The notes under the pieces: model-generated
The model's database searches: none
Told to the model about the DNA's origin: nothing
What the model saw: the letters and a program-made list of their open reading frames with translations, nothing else
Part shown: positions 1 to 9,303 of the stretch, piece after piece
How positions within the stretch are numbered: position 1 is the stretch's first letter
How the letters are laid out: every line of letters begins with the position of its first letter
Origin: an uncultured bacterium
GTDB lineage: Bacteria > Pseudomonadota > Alphaproteobacteria > UBA8366 > JADFVY01
Direction: 5' to 3'
Assembly (NCBI GenBank): GCA_965603635.1
Contig: CBFDDT010000003.1
Span: 6,978-70,977 of the forward strand
DNA length: 64,000 nucleotides
Made by a program: the position numbers and the translations under genes

Positions 1-210
1 ATCAAGGCCTTCGTCATGCTGCGCCCCGGTTACGAGGGCACCCCGGCGCTGGCCCGCGAAATCCAGGACCACATAAAAACCCGCCTCGCCGCCCACGAAT
101 ATCCCCGCGAGGTAGAGTTCGTCACCGCCCTGCCGATGACCACCACCGGCAAAATCATGCGCGGCGAGCTAAGGGCGAGAGAGGCGGAGCGAAACGGCGG
201 AGAGAGGTAA
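1..210 (+). CDS. AMP-dependent acyl-CoA synthetase/ligase, C-terminal fragment (5' end lies outside the window)
   Basis: The frame is open from position 1. The C-terminal motif EVEFVTALPMTTTGKIMRGELR is typical of adenylate-forming ANL enzymes. Stop codon at 208-210. Confidence 0.8.
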   Translation: MKAFVMLRPGYEGTPALAREIQDHIKTRLAAHEYPREVEFVTALPMTTTGKIMRGELRAREAERNGGER

Positions 211-252
211 GGACGGCGTCGCTGTCTGTTTTGCCCTATCTTTCCATACGCT

Positions 253-396
253 CCTCATCCAGAGCCTGACGAAGGATGTGCCCGAGGGGAAATGCGTGAA
301 CGGCGAAAGTACTGTTTTTCAAACGGTTGATGGCGATTCCGGTTTCCCGGAAAGAGCCGCCGAGTGGCTGCATCCTTCGTCAGGCTCAGGATGAGG
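253..396. repeat. MITE/REP-like inverted repeat with 26-bp arms and a 92-bp spacer
   Basis: Left arm 253-278 is cctcatccagagcctgacgaaggatg. Right arm 371-396 is catccttcgtcaggctcaggatgagg. The arms are complementary at 25 of 26 positions. The element is intergenic. Confidence 0.7.
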
Positions 397-446
397 ATGG
401 TGTGATAAAGATGGGAGAGAGGCTCCGCCGCTGTGGTTCACCCCTC

Positions 447-1388
447 CTAAAGCCGCGCCAGCCTCTCGACGATCAGCGCGTAGAACCCATCCGCGTTGAT
501 TTCGTTTATCACCAGCGCGTTGGGTTTCTCGCCGGTGATGGACCACCAGTCGGTTACGGTGCGGCCCATGGTAAGCTCGCTCCGCGTTTCGATCTCCACG
601 CGCACATGCCGGCCGGCGAACAGCTCCGGCTTCAATAGATAGGCGATAACGCAGGGGTCGTGCAGCGGCCCGCCCGCCATGCCGTAGCGGTCCATGTCGA
701 AACGGTCGTAGAAATCCAGCATACCGACGACCGCGGCCGAAACCGGCGTGCCGATGGCGCGGATCGCATCCAGGCGCTCGGGCGTGGTGATCGCCTTGTG
801 GGTCACGTCCAGCGGGATCATCACGACCGGCCGGCCGCATTCGAACACCACATGGGCGGCGTGCGGGTCGACATAGATGTTGAACTCGGCCGACGGCGTG
901 GTGTTGCCGGTGATCATCGCGGACCCGCCCATCAGCACGATTTCGGCGATATTGGGCAGGATGCGCGGCTCCTTGACGATGGCCTGGGCAATATTGGTCA
1001 GCGGCCCCAGCGGGCAGAGCGTGATGCCCTCAGGCCCGGCGGCCAGGCACGTCTCGACGATGAAATCCACCGCATGGCCCTCGGCCAGCGCGATTCCGGG
1101 CGGCGGCAGGTCGCAACCGTCCAGCCCGGTCTTGCCATGCACGGATTCCGCCGTCACCAGCGGCCGCAGCAGCGGCCCGGGGCAGCCCGCGAAGACGGGA
1201 ATGTCGGTCCGCCCCGCCAGCTCCACCAGCCGCCGCGCATTGGCGGCGGTGAGTTCCAGCGGAACATTGCCGGCCACGCAGGCGATGCCGCGAATGTCGA
1301 GTTCGTCCGGCGAGGCCATGGCCAGCAGCAGGGCGACGGCGTCGTCCTGGCCGGGATCGCAGTCGATGATGATCTTACGTTGCGTCAT
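447..1388 (-). CDS. Inosine/uridine-preferring nucleoside hydrolase family protein
   Basis: The N-terminal IIIDCDPGQDDAVALLLA aspartate-cluster motif matches this family. I moved the start to ATG 1388 (MTQRKIIID); the longer ORF extension has no homology-like character. Confidence 0.9.
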   Translation of the reverse strand: MTQRKIIIDCDPGQDDAVALLLAMASPDELDIRGIACVAGNVPLELTAANARRLVELAGRTDIPVFAGCPGPLLRPLVTAESVHGKTGLDGCDLPPPGIALAEGHAVDFIVETCLAAGPEGITLCPLGPLTNIAQAIVKEPRILPNIAEIVLMGGSAMITGNTTPSAEFNIYVDPHAAHVVFECGRPVVMIPLDVTHKAITTPERLDAIRAIGTPVSAAVVGMLDFYDRFDMDRYGMAGGPLHDPCVIAYLLKPELFAGRHVRVEIETRSELTMGRTVTDWWSITGEKPNALVINEINADGFYALIVERLARL

Positions 1389-1460
1389 GACAGCAAGTAA
1401 CGCGGCGGAGACAGTGGCTGTCAAGCAGGCAGATAACCGCCAGCCAGCCTCTGAATCGCG

Positions 1461-1535
1461 AAACGAGCCCATGCACAGACGTTTTCCGCGGGCTACAGCG
1501 GCATTTCCGGGGAGGATTTGCCGGAAAAATGAACT
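1461..1535 (+). repeat. Intergenic repeat copy A (about 75 nt); partner copy at 63925-64000
   Basis: The core cccatgcacagacgttttccgcgggctacagcgg...ggaaaaatgaac aligns with cccatgcaaagacgttttccgcgggttacagaggg...ggggaaatgaac at the other end of the window, in the same orientation. Confidence 0.6.
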
Positions 1536-1561
1536 AGAATCCGGTTAAGCAAGCGGAATAG

Positions 1562-1575
1562 ATAAGCATGCTTAT
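1562..1575. promoter_or_regulatory. Perfect 14-bp palindrome ATAAGCATGCTTAT upstream of the nucleoside hydrolase gene
   Basis: The sequence is exactly self-complementary. It lies next to a minus-strand TATAAT-like element (atataat, 1572-1580) in the 228-bp gap between the permease stop and the hydrolase start. Confidence 0.35.
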
Positions 1576-1616
1576 TATATCCCACATCCCGTGGCCGGCG
1601 GTGCCTGATTGGCCCG

Positions 1617-3311
1617 CTATGACCCCGAATGCCCCGGCCGCGACCGCCTTATCGCCCGGCTGAGGATGATCACCGGCACGATCCCCGCCAGCACGATGGT
1701 GAGCGCGGGCAGCGCCGCTTCCGCTATGCGTTCCTCCGACGCGTATTCATACGCCCTCGTCGCCAGGGTCTGGAAATTGAAGGGGCGGAGCAGGATGGTG
1801 GCGGGGAGTTCCTTCAGGACCTCGACGAAGACCAGGATGGCGCCGGCCAGCACGCCACCCCTTATCAGGGGCAGGTGGACACGGGTCAGCGTGCCCCATT
1901 TGCCCTCGCCGAGCGTGCGGGCGGCGGCGTCCATGTTGGGGGTTACGCGCACCAGCGACGATTCCACCGCACCGTTGGCCAACGCCATGAAGCGCACCGT
2001 GTAGGCAAAGATCAGGGCGGCCACCGTGCCGCTGAGGATGAGGCCGGTGGAGATGCCGAAAGTGGCCTGCATGACGGCGTCGATGCCATGGTCGAGGCGA
2101 GCCAGTGGCGGTACCGCGCCGACCGCCAGCACCGAACCCGGTATGGCATAGCCGATGCTGGCGAAACGGGTGAGCCCACCCAGCAGCCGGCCGCCGGACA
2201 GCCGCGCGCCGTAGGCGAGGAAGATCGCGGCCGCGATACAGACCATGGCGGCCAGGGTGGCGAGCATCAGGCTGTTGCCGAAATCCTCGATGAAGCGCGT
2301 ATCCAGCCCGCGCGCAAGATTAGCCAGCGCATGGCCGCCCAGCACCCACGCCGGCAGCGCGAAACCCAGCGCGATGGGCGCTGTGCAGGCTGTAACAGCG
2401 GCCCATTTGCGCGCCCCTGCCAGTTCGTAACCAGGCAATTCGCGATAGCGCGTGGTGGTCTGGTGATAGCGCTGGGACCGGCGCGAGCGGCGCTCGATCC
2501 AGATCAGGGCCAGCACCAGGACGGTGAGGGTCGCCGCCATCTGCGCCGCCGCGGATTCGTTCACGTCCAGCCAGACCCGGTAGATGCCGGTGGTGAAGGT
2601 ATCAACGGCGAAATACTGCACCGTGCCGAAATCCGCCAGGGTTTCCATCAGCGCCAGCGACAGACCGGCGACGATCGCCGGGCGCGCCATCGGCAGGGCG
2701 ACGGTGAAAAAACTGCCCCAGGCGGAACGACCCAGCACGCGGCTGGCCTCCAGCAGGCAGACCGACTGGCTAACGAAGGCGGCGCGCGTCAGCAGGTAGA
2801 CGTAAGGGTAGAAAACCAGGGTCATCATGGTCGCCGCGCCGGGGATGGTGCGGATGTCGGGGAACCAGTAATCGCGCGACGATTGCCACCCGAAGAGTTC
2901 GCGCAATCCCGTCTGCACCGGTCCGGCATATTCCAGCAGGTCGGTATAGACGAAGGCGATGACATAGGCCGGCACGGCGAGTGGCAGCAACAGCGCCCAT
3001 TCGAAAAACCCGCGCCCCGGGAACCGGCAGACCGATACCAGCCAGGCCGGCCCGATACCGACCGCCAGCACGCCCACGCCCACGCCCAGCGCCAGCAGAA
3101 GAGTGTTGAGCAGGTAACCCGGCATCACCGTGGAAATCAGATGTGCCCAAACCCCGTTGTCCGGGGCCAGGGCCATCAGGGCGACGGCGACGATCGGACT
3201 GGCCACGGCGAGGGCCACCAGCACGGCGCCCGCCGTCCAGGCATCGAAGCGCGGCCGCCGCCAGCGCCGCCACTGCTGCAGCGGGCTCTGTATTTCCCCT
3301 ATTACCGCCAA
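1617..3311 (-). CDS. Iron(III)-type ABC transporter permease (fused double permease, FbpB-like)
   Basis: This is a 564-aa polytopic protein with two ABC permease halves. It lies directly downstream of a Fe3+-type binding protein gene. Confidence 0.85.
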   Translation of the reverse strand: MAVIGEIQSPLQQWRRWRRPRFDAWTAGAVLVALAVASPIVAVALMALAPDNGVWAHLISTVMPGYLLNTLLLALGVGVGVLAVGIGPAWLVSVCRFPGRGFFEWALLLPLAVPAYVIAFVYTDLLEYAGPVQTGLRELFGWQSSRDYWFPDIRTIPGAATMMTLVFYPYVYLLTRAAFVSQSVCLLEASRVLGRSAWGSFFTVALPMARPAIVAGLSLALMETLADFGTVQYFAVDTFTTGIYRVWLDVNESAAAQMAATLTVLVLALIWIERRSRRSQRYHQTTTRYRELPGYELAGARKWAAVTACTAPIALGFALPAWVLGGHALANLARGLDTRFIEDFGNSLMLATLAAMVCIAAAIFLAYGARLSGGRLLGGLTRFASIGYAIPGSVLAVGAVPPLARLDHGIDAVMQATFGISTGLILSGTVAALIFAYTVRFMALANGAVESSLVRVTPNMDAAARTLGEGKWGTLTRVHLPLIRGGVLAGAILVFVEVLKELPATILLRPFNFQTLATRAYEYASEERIAEAALPALTIVLAGIVPVIILSRAIRRSRPGHSGS

Positions 3312-3341
3312 GCGGTTACCACCTCTTCCCCATGTCGCCCC

Positions 3342-4424
3342 CTACCGGTACCCCGCCCGATCGTATAGCTTGATCGCGAGCGGCACCTGTTTGGCGATCT
3401 CCGAGAGCGGGGCTTCGTCGGCATGGAAACGGCCCCAGGCCTCGACCGCCGGATGCCAGGCGACGCCCGGCTTCACCGGATATTCGTAGTTACTGGCGGC
3501 ATAATGTTCCTGGGCCCAGTCGCCGCTGAGGAACTCCAGCAGTTTGACCGCGTTGTCCCGGTTCTTGGCGTATTTGGCGACGCCGCCTCCGGAAATGTTG
3601 GCGTGGGTTCCGCGGCCGTCCCGGTTGGGGAAGATCACGCCGATGGCGGCCGCCCATTCCTTCTGTTCGGGCTCGGCCTCATTGAACTGCATCTTGCCGA
3701 TGTAATAGGTGTTGATCAGCGCAATATCGCATTCGCCCTGCCAGATCGCCTTGACCTGGGCGCGGTCGTTGCCCTGGGGTTTACGGGCGAGGTTCTCCTT
3801 CACCCCCTTCGCCCAGCCCTGCGCGATCTCCTCGCCCTTGGCGACGATGATCGAGGCCAGCAGCGACTTCATATAGACATGGCCGGAGGAACGGGTGCAG
3901 ATACGGCCCGCCCATTTCGGTTTGGTAAGATCCTCATAGGTGTTGATCTCGTCCGATTTGACCCGATCCCGCGAATAGACGATGACGCGGGCCCGCGCGG
4001 TCAGCCCGAACCACTTGCCGTCCGGGTCGCGAAACCGCGCCGGAATGTTGGCTTGCAGCACCGCCGATTTCACCGGCTGGAAGGTATCCGCCTCGGCATG
4101 CTGGCTGAGCGTCGCGATGTCGGCGGTCAGCACAAGGTCGGCGACACTAGCCTCGCCCTCTTCCTGCATGCGCTTCAGGATGCCGCCCTTGACGTACTGA
4201 ACATTGACCGCGATGCCGGTCTCGGCGGTGAATTTGTCCAGCAGGGGCCGGATCAGGAATTCCTGGCGGTAGGAATAGAGATTCACCTCGCCACCGGCCG
4301 CCGCCACCGTTTCGGAGAGCCCCGACATGCCGGCCGCCATGATCGCCGCTATCAACAGCCGCCGCGCCTGGCCGGCCAATATCGAATCCGTAAATTTCAA
4401 AATTCTATTCATTACCTTTTCCAC
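3342..4424 (-). CDS. Fe(3+) ABC transporter periplasmic substrate-binding protein (FbpA/AfuA-like)
   Basis: It has a signal-peptide-like N-terminus followed by a binding-protein fold (VNLYSYRQ...). It sits in an operon with the permease. The start may be GTG 4424 or ATG 4412. Confidence 0.85.
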   Translation of the reverse strand: MEKVMNRILKFTDSILAGQARRLLIAAIMAAGMSGLSETVAAAGGEVNLYSYRQEFLIRPLLDKFTAETGIAVNVQYVKGGILKRMQEEGEASVADLVLTADIATLSQHAEADTFQPVKSAVLQANIPARFRDPDGKWFGLTARARVIVYSRDRVKSDEINTYEDLTKPKWAGRICTRSSGHVYMKSLLASIIVAKGEEIAQGWAKGVKENLARKPQGNDRAQVKAIWQGECDIALINTYYIGKMQFNEAEPEQKEWAAAIGVIFPNRDGRGTHANISGGGVAKYAKNRDNAVKLLEFLSGDWAQEHYAASNYEYPVKPGVAWHPAVEAWGRFHADEAPLSEIAKQVPLAIKLYDRAGYR

Positions 4425-4782
4425 AATGTTTCGTTATACGGTGACGCACATATTAATTGCGAATAATTCTCAATTGCAAGTTCATTTTATTGGCAACCGA
4501 CGCGCGGGGCAAGCAAAACCATACGGGGATTAAGGAAATGGCCGGCGCTGCTGAAATACCCGCAAAACCGCCAAAAAGCCCAACAACTCCGAGGCTTACA
4601 GGGCTACAGGGCACTGGATTACCGCCCGCCTCGCCACCCGATGCGACATTATGCCACCGCGTGGACGCGCCGGATTTGCCATCCGCGTCCAGGGAAACCC
4701 TGGGTCGGTGCGCTCCCCTGCCCCCGCAACACTGGAATCCGGGCGCGCCTTGTGCCACATAGGGGCCAGTTATACCGAACCC

Positions 4783-5449
4783 ATGGAGAACCGAACCTTG
4801 CCGGCCAACGAAAAACTAGTCCTTGCCCTGCCGAAGGGGCGCATTCTGGAAGAGGTGATGCCGCTGGTGCGCGCCGCCGGCATCGAGCCGGAGCCCGCCT
4901 TTGACGACCCGAAATCGCGCCTGTTGCAGTTCGACACTAACATCCCCGAGCTGTCGATCATCCGCGTGCGCAGCTTCGACGTGGCGACCTTCGTCGCTTT
5001 TGGCGCGGCGCATCTGGGCGTGGCCGGCAACGACGTGCTGATGGAGTTCAACTATCCCGAACTGTTTGCGCCGGTTGACCTGAAGATCGGCCATTGCCGA
5101 CTGTCCATCGCCGAACCCAGGGAGCTGGTGCAAAAGGACGACCCGGCGCGTTGGAGCCATATCCGCATCGCCACCAAATACCCGGCGATCACGCGGGCGC
5201 ATTTTGCGGCGCGCGGGGTGCGGGCGGAATGTATCAAACTGAACGGCGCCATGGAGCTGGCGCCGGGGCTCGGCCTGTGCCGCCGCATCGTCGACCTGGT
5301 GTCCACCGGCAAAACGCTGGAGGAAAACGGGCTGGTAGAGATCGAGACCATAACCGAGATCACCAGCCGGCTGATCGTCAATCGCGCCGCCCTGAAGACG
5401 CGGCCAGAGGAGGTCGGCGGCTGGGTCGATCGCTTCCGGGAGGTCGCCG

Positions 5450-5460
<11 letters not shown>
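4783..5460 (+). CDS. hisG: ATP phosphoribosyltransferase, short form
   Basis: [13 protein letters not shown]... gives a 225-aa short-form HisG. The start is ATG 4783 (MENRTL). The 3' end overlaps the hisD start. Confidence 0.9.
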
Positions 5461-6759
<1,299 letters not shown>

Positions 6760-6760
<1 letters not shown>

Positions 6761-7233
6761 TGGGCGACCCAAGGATCGTCTCCCTCGACCTCGATGAAAA
6801 GACGGTGCTGCGCCGCAGTCCGGAGATCGAGCATGAGCGCGCCGTGGCGATTTTCGACATCCTGGAGGAAAACCGCTTCGCGCCCATTGGCCATGACGGC
6901 GGCCCTTACGACCTGACTCTCAGCATTGAGGACCGGCAGCGGCTGGTTCTGGACATCCAGGTCGCGAACGGCGGGCCGGTGGAACGGGTGACACTGTCGG
7001 TGACGCCCTTCCGGCGCATCGTGAAGGATTATTTCCAGATCTGCGAAAGCTATTTCGACGCCATCAAGCGGCTGTCGCCATCGCAGATCGAGACCATCGA
7101 CATGGCGCGGCGCGGCCTGCACAACGAGGGCTCGGTTATGCTGAGCGAGCGCCTGCGCGAAAAAATAGACATGGACCAGGACACGTCCCGCCGGCTGTTC
7201 ACGCTGATCTGCGTCCTGCATATCCGCGGATGA
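6760..7233 (+). CDS. UPF0262 family protein
   Basis: This conserved alphaproteobacterial family follows hisD (EIEHERAVAIFDILEENRF). The ATG at 6760 overlaps the hisD stop; GTG 6757 is an alternative start. Confidence 0.8.
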
Positions 7234-7237
7234 TCTA

Positions 7238-7684
7238 TTGAGCGACCTGCCCGGAGCCATCCTGTTCGCCTGCAGCCACAATTCGCTGCGCTCGCCGATG
7301 GCGGAGGGGATCATGAAGCATCTTCACGGGCGGCGGGTTTTTGTCGATTCCGTCGGCGTGCGTGCGCGCGAGGTAGACCCCTTCGCGGCCGAGGCGATGG
7401 AGGAGATTGGCATATCCATCGAAGACCACCACGCCAAGACCTTCGACGAACTGGAAGACAGTTCGTTCGACGTAATTGTCACGCTCTCGCCGGAAGCCCA
7501 GCACAGCGCCGTCGAGATGACGCGTACCATGGCCTGCGAAGTGGAATTCTGGCACACTTTCGACCCGTCGATCGTCGAGGGCAACCGCGAGACCCGCCTG
7601 GACGCCTACCGTCAGGTGCGCGATCAGCTGATGAAACGCATCATGGAACGCTTCCCGGTAGAGGGCGGCATGGCGAGCGTGTGA
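7238..7684 (+). CDS. Low-molecular-weight phosphotyrosine phosphatase / ArsC-like protein
   Basis: It carries the P-loop ILFACSHNSLRSPMAEG (C-X5-R-S). The start codon is TTG. Confidence 0.85.
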   Translation: MSDLPGAILFACSHNSLRSPMAEGIMKHLHGRRVFVDSVGVRAREVDPFAAEAMEEIGISIEDHHAKTFDELEDSSFDVIVTLSPEAQHSAVEMTRTMACEVEFWHTFDPSIVEGNRETRLDAYRQVRDQLMKRIMERFPVEGGMASV

Positions 7685-7693
7685 GGGGGGCAA

Positions 7694-8293
7694 ATGCAAG
7701 ACCCGGCATTGATTGATCGCCTGCTGGATGTAGTGGAATTCGAAATCGCGCCCATGACGGCGACGGGCGTGACGCGGGGGAACAAGCTTTTCGGGGCGGC
7801 GATCCTGCGCAAGTCGGACTGGTCCACGGTGATCGCGGAAACCAACAACGAAACCGAAAACCCGCTTTGGCATGGTGAAATGCATGCGCTGAAACGGTTT
7901 TACGAACTGCCGCGCGAGGCCCGCCCGAAACCGGCCGACTGCATCTTTCTGGCAACGCATGAGCCCTGCTCGCTGTGCCTGTCGGCCATCACCTGGGGCG
8001 GCTACGATAATTTCTGGTACCTGTTCAGCCACGAGGATTCCCGCGATTCATTCAATATCCCCCATGATTTGCGGATATTGAAAGAAGTATTCCGCCTGGA
8101 ACCCGGCGGCTACGCGGCGGAGAACCAGTACTGGAAGAGCCATAATATCGTGAAGACCATTGGCGCCCTGGATGAGCCTGACCGGACGCGCCTGCGCACG
8201 CGCGTGGAGGAATTGTCTGAAATTTATGCCGGCCTGTCGGAAATATACCAGGGCAACAAACATCTGGCCGGGGGCGATATCCCGCTGGATTGA
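7694..8293 (+). CDS. CMP/dCMP-type zinc deaminase family protein
   Basis: It has the HGEMHA and HEPCSLC zinc-binding motifs (H-A-E ... P-C-x-x-C). There is a GAGGGGGG RBS ahead of ATG 7694. Confidence 0.8.
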   Translation: MQDPALIDRLLDVVEFEIAPMTATGVTRGNKLFGAAILRKSDWSTVIAETNNETENPLWHGEMHALKRFYELPREARPKPADCIFLATHEPCSLCLSAITWGGYDNFWYLFSHEDSRDSFNIPHDLRILKEVFRLEPGGYAAENQYWKSHNIVKTIGALDEPDRTRLRTRVEELSEIYAGLSEIYQGNKHLAGGDIPLD

Positions 8294-8318
8294 GGAGCGA
8301 TACCAACCCACACCCCGC

Positions 8319-8351
8319 ACAAAAAGAATGACCGGCTCTTTCGAGCCGGCC
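8319..8351 (-). terminator. Rho-independent terminator acting on the minus strand only
   Basis: On the minus strand, ggccggctc-gaaa-gagccggtc forms a 9-bp stem with a GAAA loop, followed by attctttttgtg. The plus strand has no U-tract after the stem. Confidence 0.65.
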
Positions 8352-8715
8352 ATCCTCGGAGGTACATGAAGAAAGGTCCCTAAACATCCGATCATTCGGG
8401 TGCCTCGGGCTCGGTCAATCTGTCAATCTTCCGCCTTGCGGCCTGGATCGAACCTGACGGAGGGGTTCGTCTGGCTGTTCCTTCGGGGGCACGTCCTAGG
8501 GAACACAAATCATCCGACCTTACAGTTACAAACATCGTCTCTATCGCGTTGAATGTCAAGCGTTTGACTCGAAAAAATTAACTTCGTCGGTTCACCAACG
8601 AGAATCGGGGAAGTTGCAGACCATCCTTTGCCGCTGCAGGCTTGACCGCCGGTCGCCGGAGCGTCAGAACAAGCCCTGCCGCCGACAGGGCAGCGACTGC
8701 CAACGGGATAATTGA

Positions 8716-9303
8716 GTGACCGCTACACCACCACCACGTTTCGTGCTTGCCTCTGCCTCGCCCAGGCGGCTGGATTTGCTGGCCGGAATCGGCATCGCGC
8801 CGGATGTTGTCGACCCGGCGGCGGTCGACGAGACGCCGGGCAAGGCCGAGTTGCCACGCGACCACGCCGCCAGACTGGCCGGCGAGAAGGCCGCCGCCGT
8901 GCGGGCCCGCCATCCCGACGCGGTGGTTCTGGCGGCCGACACCGTGGTGGCGCTGGGCCGGCGCATCCTGCCCAAGGCGGAGGACGAGGCGACGGCGCGG
9001 CGCTGCCTGACGATGCTGTCGGGGCGACGGCACAAGGTAATCGGCGGGGTTACGGTAATCGGCGTGGACGGCGCCGAGTGGCGCCGCCTGGTTACCACAT
9101 CGGTGAGGTTCAAGCGGCTGGATATAGCCGAAATTGAGGCCTATATCGCTAGTGGCGAGTGGGACGGCAAGGCCGGCGGCTACGCTATCCAGGGCCGCGC
9201 GGCCGCACTGATCCCCTGGATCGAGGGGTCCTGGTCGAACGTCGTGGGGCTGCCGCTATACGAAACGGCGCAGCTGCTGCGCAACGCGGGGGTAGTTGCA
9301 TGA
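8716..9303 (+). CDS. maf: Maf-like nucleoside triphosphate pyrophosphatase
   Basis: FVLASASPRRLDLL..., ...GKAGGYAIQG. GTG start. The stop overlaps the next gene's ATG. Confidence 0.9.
   Translation: MTATPPPRFVLASASPRRLDLLAGIGIAPDVVDPAAVDETPGKAELPRDHAARLAGEKAAAVRARHPDAVVLAADTVVALGRRILPKAEDEATARRCLTMLSGRRHKVIGGVTVIGVDGAEWRRLVTTSVRFKRLDIAEIEAYIASGEWDGKAGGYAIQGRAAALIPWIEGSWSNVVGLPLYETAQLLRNAGVVA

Noticed and set aside
1629-3368. 579-aa plus-strand ORF, together with many other long ORFs antisense to annotated genes (for example 3423..4466, 5504..6250, 7235..8032, 17219..18673, 22751..24226, 37231..38346, 38425..39954, 44484..45974, 48280..49773, 54861..56090).
   Set aside because: They are shadow ORFs typical of high-GC DNA. 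Their translations are Arg/Gly/Pro/Ala-rich with no motifs, and each lies opposite a gene with clear family signatures.
4450-4480. Fur box upstream of the Fe(3+) binding protein gene (GCGAATAATTCTCAATTGC).
   Set aside because: It matches the 19-bp Fur consensus at only about 11 of 19 positions and lacks clear dyad symmetry. Iron control in alphaproteobacteria may use Irr or RirA instead. I cannot support it without a matrix scan.
8048-8395. Minus-strand ORFs of 115 aa and 111 aa overlapping the deaminase 3' end.
   Set aside because: They are antisense to a well-supported gene, have no RBS or motifs, and run through the terminator hairpin.
8352-8560. Identity of the orphan transcript region as SRP (4.5S) RNA, 6S RNA, tmRNA or RNase P RNA.
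   Set aside because: I found no GGUCAGGUCCGGAAGGAAGCAGCC SRP core, no tRNA-like T-arm or tag ORF, and no RNase P conserved blocks. A 6S-like fold could not be established by hand. It stays unclassified.
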